64,000 nucleotides of DNA, taken from positions 65,465 to 129,464 of the forward strand of contig CAAFUL010000085.1 in assembly GCA_900766185.1 (NCBI GenBank), given 5' to 3'. Position 1 is the stretch's first letter; the number at the start of each line of letters is the position of its first letter. The position numbers were made by a program, and so were the translations under genes. The notes beneath the pieces were generated by a model. It ran no database searches and was not told the origin of the DNA. It saw only the letters and a list, made by a program, of their open reading frames with translations. Source of the stretch: an uncultured Johnsonella sp. (GTDB lineage: Bacteria > Bacillota > Clostridia > Lachnospirales > Lachnospiraceae). Positions 56,690-64,000 of this stretch are shown here, in pieces.

Positions 56690-58459
56690 ATGGACAGGGA
56701 ACATTTAAATAAAAGTACAAGAAATTCTAAATATAGATCGAATAATTCTTCCTCGAGAGGCAGTTACCGTCCGAGAAGAAAATATAAAAATACATTTAAT
56801 TATCCTATGATTGCAGCTGCAGCAGCAGCGGTCATACTTATACTTATAATAATAATATGGGTAGTAAGTGCTGTTATGGGAGCGCTAAAGCCTAAAAAAG
56901 AAAAAACGGCAGAAACCACAACGGAAAGCGTATCGGTATCCGAGCTTAGCAAGGCTGTTATGATTGATAACATAGTTATAACAGGACTTTCAAAAGTACA
57001 GGCAAAAGAGACCATAATGAAAAACTACGCTTGGGATATGAAGGCAACTTTGGAAGGAAAGACCGAGGATAATACCTATGAAGTTAAAAATCTTATAGAA
57101 TCACGCATAGATGATATACTTAATGAGGTTTACGGAGGGACTCCGAAAGAAACCTATAGCTTAGATTTAAGCAATATGGATGATGCCATTAAGGGAGAAA
57201 TCGCAAATATGGCAAAAAAATGGAATGTAGCTCCTAAAAACGGATCTATAGCAGGCTTTGACAAAGCCAGCGGTTCATTTATATATGATGGAGAAGCTTC
57301 AGGAACAAAAATAGATGAAGATACATTGTTTAATGATATAAAGACAGCCATAGAGCAAAAAAACTTCAAGATAAATATAAATGTAAAGTCCCAAAAGGTT
57401 GATGCTGAGATCAGCGAAGCCAAGGCAAAGGAAATGTACAAAGTAATAGGTACATTTACAACTACAACTACGACCAATAAGGATAGAAATACCAATATCG
57501 GTCTTGCGGTAAGTGCTTTAGACGGACGCATACTTGCACCGGGAGAAGAGTTTTCTTTTAATAACACGACCGGAAACAGAACCTTGGAAAGAGGTTATAA
57601 GCCGGCAGGTGCCTACCTTAACGGTGTTTTGGTGGAAGAGCCCGGAGGAGGTGTATGTCAGGTGTCATCCACACTGTATAATGCGGTTGTATTTTCAGGC
57701 TTACAGACTACCGAAAGACACGCACACTCATTTGAGCCTTCTTATGTAACTCCCGGAGAAGATGCTATGGTAAGCTATGACGGATATGCAGGACCTGACA
57801 TGAAGTTTGTAAACAGCTCCGATACCGCTATAGCTATAAGAGCCAAATTAGTTGATCAAAAACTTACAGTATCGATAGTGGGTATACCGATACTTAAAGA
57901 AGGCGAAAAGATAAGTATGAGTTCCAAGAAGATGTCTGAGTATGAAAGCCCGCAAACCGTATATGAAGAAGACCCCAATATGGCAACCGGAGTGGAGCAG
58001 ACTATTCAAAAGGGCACAAAGGGAAGCAGATGGATCACAAATATTGTAAAAAAAGAAGGAGATAAGGTAATATCTGATGAGTTCTTGCACAACAGTACTT
58101 ATAAGGGAAAGCCTACTATAATTAAAAGAAATTCATCGGGAAGTTCTGTAAAGCTTGGAGGCACAAGCAGTGCCGCCTCAAGTGAAGTATCCTTATCTGA
58201 GTCAAGTACGGAAAGTGCGGAAAGCACGGCTCATTCTTCAACAGCTGCGGCAACGGAGGGCAGTACTGCAAAGTCAAGTGAAACTACCAAGGCTAAGGAA
58301 AGTACGAAAGCCAAAGAAAGCACTAAGGCTAAGGAGAGTACCAAAGAAAGTACTAAGGAAAGCAGCAAAGAAAGTACTGCTGCCGAGACTACCGCTCCGG
58401 CTACACAAGCACCAACTACACAGGACTCAGGCTTTATAGAAGCTAAACCTACTTCTTAG
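56690..58459 (+). CDS. VanW-family protein with a G5-like domain and a C-terminal Ser/Thr/Lys-rich tandem-repeat tail
   Basis: Basic N-terminus plus TM. VanW core (GEEFSFNNTTGNRTLERGYKPAGAYLNGVLVEEPGGGVCQVSSTLYNAV). C-terminal KAKESTKAKESTKAKEST repeats. Confidence 0.8.
   Translation: MDREHLNKSTRNSKYRSNNSSSRGSYRPRRKYKNTFNYPMIAAAAAAVILILIIIIWVVSAVMGALKPKKEKTAETTTESVSVSELSKAVMIDNIVITGLSKVQAKETIMKNYAWDMKATLEGKTEDNTYEVKNLIESRIDDILNEVYGGTPKETYSLDLSNMDDAIKGEIANMAKKWNVAPKNGSIAGFDKASGSFIYDGEASGTKIDEDTLFNDIKTAIEQKNFKININVKSQKVDAEISEAKAKEMYKVIGTFTTTTTTNKDRNTNIGLAVSALDGRILAPGEEFSFNNTTGNRTLERGYKPAGAYLNGVLVEEPGGGVCQVSSTLYNAVVFSGLQTTERHAHSFEPSYVTPGEDAMVSYDGYAGPDMKFVNSSDTAIAIRAKLVDQKLTVSIVGIPILKEGEKISMSSKKMSEYESPQTVYEEDPNMATGVEQTIQKGTKGSRWITNIVKKEGDKVISDEFLHNSTYKGKPTIIKRNSSGSSVKLGGTSSAASSEVSLSESSTESAESTAHSSTAAATEGSTAKSSETTKAKESTKAKESTKAKESTKESTKESSKESTAAETTAPATQAPTTQDSGFIEAKPTS
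58285..58380 (+). repeat. 15-nt coding tandem repeat (AKEST/KEST units) within the VanW-family gene
   Basis: Reiterated aaggctaaggaaagtacg / aaagccaaagaaagcact / aaggctaaggagagtacc / aaagaaagtactaaggaaagc units. Confidence 0.5.
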
Positions 58460-58721
58460 TATGATTTTGCATTACGATATTATTTATTAAAAGCAAGTAG
58501 CTGTTATATTGATTTTTACAGGTATATAAGCTGTTGTCCGAGTCTTTTTACCTGTGAAAATCATAAGTCGATCTGTACACCTGTTATATAAAAGGGCACT
58601 CGTTTTATAAAGTTATTTACAAAATATAATTAAATAGTTTTTATTGGAAAATAAATCGGGTTTTATTTAGAAAAAAGCCTAAAATGTTTCAATAATAATA
58701 CACAAAAAAGCTTTTTTATTA

Positions 58722-58750
58722 TTGGCAATTACTGGATATATTGCTATAAT
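58722..58750 (+). promoter_or_regulatory. putative sigma-A promoter of the PFOR gene
   Basis: TTGGCA, then a 17-nt spacer, then TATAAT, about 60 nt upstream of the ATG. RBS aggagga. Confidence 0.45.
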
Positions 58751-58807
58751 TAATATGAAGCTTTTTTGTTTTAATTTTAAACATAATAAAGTAGGAGGAT
58801 ATTATTT

Positions 58808-61800
58808 ATGGTAAAAAGAAGTATGAAGACCATGGATGGTAATCAAGCGGCTGCTCACGCATCTTATGCTTTTACAGATGTTGCTGCGATCTATCCGATT
58901 ACGCCTTCATCAAATATGGCAGAGCACACTGATTCGTGGTCTGCTGAAGGTCGTAAGAATTTATTCGGACAACCTGTTCAAGTTACAGAGATGCAATCAG
59001 AGGCAGGTGCTGCAGGTGCGGTACACGGTTCATTGACTGCCGGTGCACTTACAACAACATATACGGCATCACAAGGTTTGTTGCTTATGATTCCGAACCT
59101 TTACAAAATAGCGGGTGAGCTGCTTCCGGGAGTGTTTAATGTGTCAGCGAGAACTGTAGCTACACACGCACTCAGTATATTCGGAGATCATTCTGATGTG
59201 TATGCCTGCAGACAGACAGGCTGTGCTATGCTTTGTTCATCATCCGTGCAGGAAGTTATGGACTTGACACCTATATCACACTTATCAGCAATAAGCGGAA
59301 GAGTTCCGTTTATCAACTTTTTTGACGGTTTCAGAACCTCACATGAGATTCAAAAGATTGAAATGTGGGATTATGAGGACTTAAGGGATCTGGTTGATTT
59401 GGATGCTGTAGATGCATTCAGAAAAAGAGCATTGAATCCAAACAATCCTGTAGCTAAGGGTTCAGCACAAAACCCGGATATATTCTTCCAGGCAAGAGAA
59501 GCCTGCAACAAGTACTATGAAGTGCTTCCTGAAATAGTACAAGGATATATGGACAAAATCAACGCAAAAATAGGAACCGATTATAAATTATTTAACTATT
59601 ACGGTGCTGCGGATGCAGAGCATATAATAGTTGCTATGGGTTCCGTAAACGACACTATTGAAGAAACTATAGACTACCTTGCAAATAAGGGTGTTAAAGT
59701 CGGACTTATAAAGGTAAGACTTTACAGACCGTTTGCCAAGGAAGCTTTTGTAGCAGCTATACCTGATACTGTTAAGCATATTTCAGTACTTGACAGAACC
59801 AAGGAGCCGGGAGCTATAGGAGAGCCTCTTTACCTTGATGTAATAGCTGCATTAAGAGGAACCAAATTCCAGAATATTAATATAATGAGCGGAAGATACG
59901 GTTTAAGCTCTAAGGATACCACTCCCGCACAAATAGTTGCAGTATATGAAAATACTGAAAAACAAAGATTTACAGTAGGTATCAAGGATGATGTTACACA
60001 TCTTTCATTAGAGATAGGAAAGCCTCTTATCACAACTCCTAAGGGAACTGTAAACTGTAAATTCTGGGGACTTGGAGCTGACGGTACTGTAGGAGCTAAT
60101 AAAAACTCCATTAAGATCATAGGTGACAATACGGACATGTACGCTCAGGCATACTTTGACTATGACTCAAAGAAATCAGGCGGTATCACCATGTCTCACT
60201 TAAGATTCGGACATAAGCCTATCAAGTCTACTTACTTGATTCGTAAAGCCGACTTTGTAGCCTGCCACAATCCGTCATACATGCATAAGTATAACATGGT
60301 TCAGGAACTTGTAGATGGCGGAACCTTCCTTCTCAACTGTTCATGGTCAAAAGATGAGATAGCAGATCATCTTCCGGGACAGGTTAAGAAGTATATGGCT
60401 GAGCATGACATAAAGTTCTATATAATTGACGGTGTTAAGATAGGTCTTGCAACCGGAATGGGTGCAACCCGTATCAATACTATATTGCAGTCAGCATTCT
60501 TCAAACTTGCCAACATTATACCTGAGGCTGAGGCTATAGAGCTTATGAAGAAGGCAGCTGCAAAGACCTACGGTAAAAAGGGTGAAGAGATCGTAAAGAA
60601 GAACTGGGCAGCTATAGATGCAGGTGCACAGGAGATAGTAAAGGTAGATGTTCCTAAAGAATGGCTTAACTGCGAAGATGAAGGTCTTAGCCGTGAAGTT
60701 GTTATAGAAGGAAGAAATGAAGTTACAAGATTTGTTAATGACATTCAGACCGCTGTAAATGCACAAGAGGGTAACAACCTTCCTGTATCAGCCTTCCTTG
60801 ACTATGTAGACGGTACTACCCCAAGCGGAACTGCTGCATATGAAAAGAGAGGTATAGCCGTATCGGTACCTGAGTGGAACAGCGACAACTGTATCCAATG
60901 CGGTTTCTGCTCATATGTATGCCCTCATTCAGCTATAAGACTTTTTGCAATGACCGATAACGAGGTCAATAATGCACCTGAAGGACTCAGTAATGTAGGA
61001 CTTAACGGTATGCCTGATTACAAGTTCTCGGTTATAGTATCACAGATGGACTGCACCGGCTGTTCTTCATGTGCTAATGTATGCCCTGGTAAGAAGGGTG
61101 AAAAGGCACTTGTTATGAAGAGTTATGATGAGCAGGTTGAAAAGCAGAAATACTACGACTATGCGGTTAAATTACCTGAAAAGACGGAAGTTATTGCTAA
61201 GTTTAAGGAAAGTACAGTAAAGGGCTCTCAATTCAAGAAACCTTTACTTGAGTTCTCAGGAGCTTGTGCAGGCTGTGGAGAGACACCTTATGCAAGACTT
61301 ATTACACAGCTTTTCGGAGACAGAATGTACATAGCTAACGCTACAGGTTGTTCTTCAATCTGGGGTAACTCTTCTCCTTCAACTCCTTATACAACCAACG
61401 CACAGGGCAGAGGTCCGGCTTGGTCAAACTCACTTTTTGAGGACAATGCGGAGTTTGGTTACGGTATGTTCCTTGCAAACAGAGCTATAAGAGACGGATT
61501 AAAGCTTAAAGTTGAAAGACTCCTTGAGGCTTCAGTAAGCCCTGAGCTTAATGCGGCATGTCAGGAATACCTTGATACCTTCTTGCAAAGTTCAACCAAT
61601 ACAAAGGCAAGTGATGAGCTTATCGAGCTGCTTAAAGGTGTAGATAATGAAGATGCGAAGGCTTTACTTAATGACGCTCCGTTACTTTCAAAGAAGAGCC
61701 AGTGGATCTTCGGTGGAGACGGTTGGGCTTATGATATAGGCTTTGGCGGTCTTGACCATGTACTTGCAAGCGGACAGGATATAAATGTCTTCGTATTTGA

Positions 61801-62335
61801 TACCGAGGTTTATTCCAATACCGGAGGACAGTCATCAAAATCAACCAATACCGGTGCTGTAGCACAGTTTGCTGCAAGCGGTAAGGAAGTTAAGAAAAAG
61901 GATCTTGCAAGTATTGCAATGAGCTACGGTTATGTATATGTTGCTCAGGTAGCTATGGGAGCTGATTACAATCAGACCTTAAAGGCTATACTTGAGGCTG
62001 AGGCATATCCGGGACCATCTCTTATCATCGGCTATGCTCCATGTATAGCACATGGTATCAAGAAGGGTATGGGAGCTTCTCAGGAAGAAGAAAAGATTGC
62101 TGTTGAGTCAGGTTACTGGCATAACTTCAGATACAATCCTAATGCGGAAAAGAAATTCACTCTTGACTCCAAGCCACCAAAGAGAGAATTCAGAGAGTTC
62201 ATCGAAGGTGAGGTAAGATACACCGCATTACAGCTTAAGAATCCTGAAAGAGCCGAAGAACTCTTTAAGAGAAATGAAGAGAATGCAAAGGCAAGACTTG
62301 AGTATCTTGAGAAATTAGTTACATTATATTCATAA
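58808..62335 (+). CDS. nifJ: pyruvate:ferredoxin (flavodoxin) oxidoreductase, single-polypeptide PFOR
   Basis: 1175 aa. N-terminus MDGNQAAAHASYAFTDVAAIYPITPSS. Two 4Fe-4S ferredoxin motifs (CIQCGFCSYVCP, CTGCSSCANVCP). TPP-binding domain GDGWAYDIGFGG. Confidence 0.95.
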   Translation: MVKRSMKTMDGNQAAAHASYAFTDVAAIYPITPSSNMAEHTDSWSAEGRKNLFGQPVQVTEMQSEAGAAGAVHGSLTAGALTTTYTASQGLLLMIPNLYKIAGELLPGVFNVSARTVATHALSIFGDHSDVYACRQTGCAMLCSSSVQEVMDLTPISHLSAISGRVPFINFFDGFRTSHEIQKIEMWDYEDLRDLVDLDAVDAFRKRALNPNNPVAKGSAQNPDIFFQAREACNKYYEVLPEIVQGYMDKINAKIGTDYKLFNYYGAADAEHIIVAMGSVNDTIEETIDYLANKGVKVGLIKVRLYRPFAKEAFVAAIPDTVKHISVLDRTKEPGAIGEPLYLDVIAALRGTKFQNINIMSGRYGLSSKDTTPAQIVAVYENTEKQRFTVGIKDDVTHLSLEIGKPLITTPKGTVNCKFWGLGADGTVGANKNSIKIIGDNTDMYAQAYFDYDSKKSGGITMSHLRFGHKPIKSTYLIRKADFVACHNPSYMHKYNMVQELVDGGTFLLNCSWSKDEIADHLPGQVKKYMAEHDIKFYIIDGVKIGLATGMGATRINTILQSAFFKLANIIPEAEAIELMKKAAAKTYGKKGEEIVKKNWAAIDAGAQEIVKVDVPKEWLNCEDEGLSREVVIEGRNEVTRFVNDIQTAVNAQEGNNLPVSAFLDYVDGTTPSGTAAYEKRGIAVSVPEWNSDNCIQCGFCSYVCPHSAIRLFAMTDNEVNNAPEGLSNVGLNGMPDYKFSVIVSQMDCTGCSSCANVCPGKKGEKALVMKSYDEQVEKQKYYDYAVKLPEKTEVIAKFKESTVKGSQFKKPLLEFSGACAGCGETPYARLITQLFGDRMYIANATGCSSIWGNSSPSTPYTTNAQGRGPAWSNSLFEDNAEFGYGMFLANRAIRDGLKLKVERLLEASVSPELNAACQEYLDTFLQSSTNTKASDELIELLKGVDNEDAKALLNDAPLLSKKSQWIFGGDGWAYDIGFGGLDHVLASGQDINVFVFDTEVYSNTGGQSSKSTNTGAVAQFAASGKEVKKKDLASIAMSYGYVYVAQVAMGADYNQTLKAILEAEAYPGPSLIIGYAPCIAHGIKKGMGASQEEEKIAVESGYWHNFRYNPNAEKKFTLDSKPPKREFREFIEGEVRYTALQLKNPERAEELFKRNEENAKARLEYLEKLVTLYS

Positions 62336-62377
62336 AATACTTTCATTGTATAAAGTAATCAATTAGTATATAATAAA

Positions 62378-62420
62378 GGCTGTTATACTGTTTATAAAAC
62401 GGTATAGCAGCCTGTTTTTA
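62378..62420 (+). terminator. rho-independent terminator after the PFOR gene
   Basis: ggctgttatac ... gtatagcagcc stem followed by tgttttta. Confidence 0.6.
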
Positions 62421-62541
62421 TCGCAGGGGCTGTGTAAGGAAACTATCGCATTGCGGCAAACACCGCTAACAATCAAGTACGGAGCCAAAGCCTGCCTACT
62501 TGACTAAACTATAGAAACATTATATAGAAAGAAGTTTAACT

Positions 62542-63519
62542 ATGAAGAGTATACTTGTAACCGCCATAGGCTCATTTGCGGCTGATATAATAATAAAAAA
62601 ATTAAAAGACTTATCGTATAGAGTTGTGGGCTGCGATATATACAGCAAAGAATTGATAGTGGATGCCTACAATGTGGATGAATTTTATAAAGTTTCACCG
62701 GCAGCCGATGTAAAAGAATATTTGGAAGATATTATTGATATTTGCAAAAATGAAAATATAGACTATATACTTCCCTTTATAGATATAGAGGTGGATGTAT
62801 TCAATACACACAGACATATATTTGAAAAGCTTGGGGTAAAACTGCTTATTGCAGAAAAACATTGCATAGATATATGCAGGGATAAGTTAAGAACTTATGA
62901 GCAACTTTCAGGAGACAAGGAAATTAAACTTATAAACAGCTATACAAAAGAATATATAGATAAACAAATAGAAGATGACAACTTTCGTTATCATTTATTG
63001 GTAAAGCCTTTGGACGGAAGAAGCAGTGAGGGTCTAAGAAGAATAAACAGTAAATATGATTGGTATGCCTTTATAAATTCGGAAGATACTGACAGGTATG
63101 TAATGCAGGATTTTATCAAGGGCGAGGTAATTACTGCAGATATAGTAAGGGATAAGTATAAAAACAGCGTTGCAGTTTTAAGAAAAGAGCTGATAAGAAC
63201 CAAGAACGGTGCCGGACTTTCGGTATATGTCTATGAGGATAAGAAGCTTGAAAAAACTGTAAAACATATAGCAGATAAACTTGATGTACTTGGTTGTGTA
63301 AATATGGAATTTATAAAAACAGATGAAGATGAATATTATTTCCTTGAGTGCAATCCGAGATTTTCAGGAGGTGTGGAGTTTTCACATATTGCAGGCTATA
63401 ATTTTCTTAAAAACCATATCTTGGCAATACTTGACAGAGAGATAGAAGGTTTTATATTTAATAAAGCTATGTATATAGCAAGGAAATATGAGGAGTTTAT
63501 AACAAAGACAGAAAGTTAG
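62542..63519 (+). CDS. ATP-grasp domain protein (carboxylate-amine ligase-like, CarB/PylC-type fold)
   Basis: 325 aa. ATP-grasp elements LVKPLDGRSSEGL, MQDFIKGEVITAD and NMEFIKTDEDEYYFLECNPRFSGG. Confidence 0.65.
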   Translation: MKSILVTAIGSFAADIIIKKLKDLSYRVVGCDIYSKELIVDAYNVDEFYKVSPAADVKEYLEDIIDICKNENIDYILPFIDIEVDVFNTHRHIFEKLGVKLLIAEKHCIDICRDKLRTYEQLSGDKEIKLINSYTKEYIDKQIEDDNFRYHLLVKPLDGRSSEGLRRINSKYDWYAFINSEDTDRYVMQDFIKGEVITADIVRDKYKNSVAVLRKELIRTKNGAGLSVYVYEDKKLEKTVKHIADKLDVLGCVNMEFIKTDEDEYYFLECNPRFSGGVEFSHIAGYNFLKNHILAILDREIEGFIFNKAMYIARKYEEFITKTES

Positions 63520-63540
63520 ATTAAAAGGTGGTGGGCTTTT

Positions 63541-63891
63541 TTGCTGAATAATACCGAGGACAGTTGTAAGGTTAACCTAAAAAGAGTAATACCTTTTATA
63601 AAGTCCGAATTAAAAGATGATGAAGTGGAAGAGTTTTTAGAGCATATAAATGAGTGTGAAACTTGTAAAGAAGAGCTGGAGCTTTATTATATTATAGAAA
63701 CTAAACTTAAAGAGGCGGAAACTGAGGATAAGGGCATATATCTGCCTTCACTTAAAGATTTTATAATTAATGAATATAAAAGGGTGTATTTGACGACAGC
63801 ACTTAAGGTTACTTACTATGCGGTCAATACATTAGTGATACTGGCTGCAATATTTACTTTGCTTTTGCAGCTTCGTGTATGGATATATTAA
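63541..63891 (+). CDS. putative zf-HC2-type anti-sigma factor-like membrane protein
   Basis: H-x3-C-x2-C motif (HINECETCKEE) and a C-terminal TM (LVILAAIFTLLLQL). No adjacent sigma factor gene. Confidence 0.4.
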   Translation: MLNNTEDSCKVNLKRVIPFIKSELKDDEVEEFLEHINECETCKEELELYYIIETKLKEAETEDKGIYLPSLKDFIINEYKRVYLTTALKVTYYAVNTLVILAAIFTLLLQLRVWIY

Positions 63892-63901
63892 GGGGGGATC
63901 T

Positions 63902-64000
63902 ATGTCAAAACTTGTTTTAATTGACGGAATGAGTATATTAAACAGAGCATTTTATGCACTGCCGATACTAAGCAATGCCAAAGGAGTGTATACCAATGCG
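63902..64000 (+). CDS. polA: DNA polymerase I, N-terminal 5'-3' exonuclease domain (partial, runs off the window end)
   Basis: MSKLVLIDGMSILNRAFYALP is a near-consensus PolA N-terminus. RBS aagggggga. Confidence 0.7.
   Translation, partial: MSKLVLIDGMSILNRAFYALPILSNAKGVYTNA

Noticed and set aside
62421-62490. c-di-GMP-I (GEMM) riboswitch call for the GC-rich segment
   Set aside because: Only short tracts (GGCAAAC, CAAAGCC) resemble the motif. The GNRA-tetraloop P1 helix and the tetraloop-receptor arrangement could not be reconstructed. It is kept only as a low-confidence finding, not a feature.
1-64000. CRISPR arrays, transposases/IS elements, integrases, prophage genes and tRNA genes
   Set aside because: No regularly spaced direct repeats, DDE/serine/tyrosine recombinase ORFs or cloverleaf-like sequences were recognised on manual inspection. 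A tRNAscan/ARAGORN and CRISPR finder run would be needed to exclude short instances.

Overview
AT-rich chromosomal segment from a low-GC Firmicute, Clostridia-like in gene content (PFOR, ROK glucokinase, Firmicute-type pgi, sufCBDSU, secA-prfB). Layout: (i) 1-8.5 kb, a compact type VIIb secretion core (EssA-like, EsaB/YukD, EssB/YukC, EssC/YukB FtsK-family ATPase) preceded by a GHSKG-motif alpha/beta-hydrolase (DUF2974/Mbeg1-like, lipase-like) sitting where EsaA is normally found. No WXG100 or EsaA gene is in the window. (ii) 8.5-14.3 kb, a variable/decayed region: orphan copZ, frameshifted XRE HTH remnant, truncated VOC/glyoxalase, TfoX_N-like protein, AraC-GyrI regulator, and a YafY-type WYL regulator followed by a GyrI-like protein and a ClbS/DfsB-family protein. 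I read the last three as a candidate self-protection module against DNA-alkylating cyclopropane natural products. (iii) 14.3-47.4 kb, conserved housekeeping: PaaI thioesterase, secG-rnr-smpB, ylxM-ffh-rpsP-KH-rimM-trmD, sufCBDSU, secA, prfB (programmed +1 frameshift at CTT TGA C), ACT-hom, HIT, rhomboid, murG, mtnN, pgi, an uncharacterised coiled-coil/beta-rich membrane gene pair, glcK, tadA, an OmpR-type response regulator with an unusual multi-TM histidine kinase, and a 3D-domain protein. (iv) 47.4-56.3 kb, a complete lsr-type autoinducer-2 import and processing locus (lsrR-lsrK-cupin on the minus strand, lsrA-lsrC-lsrD-lsrB-lsrF on the plus strand). A metal-binding cupin occupies the position of LsrG. 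(v) 56.7-64 kb: VanW-family protein with a C-terminal KAKEST tandem repeat, PFOR (nifJ), an ATP-grasp ligase, a zf-HC2 anti-sigma-like protein, and the start of polA. No CRISPR array, transposase, integrase or tRNA gene was recognised by eye. Non-coding features noted: a ~130-190 nt repeat family with a cre-like TGAAAGC-NN-GCTTTCA palindrome upstream of both mtnN and pgi, several long palindromes, and twin hairpins sharing a GTCTAAAGCC loop.
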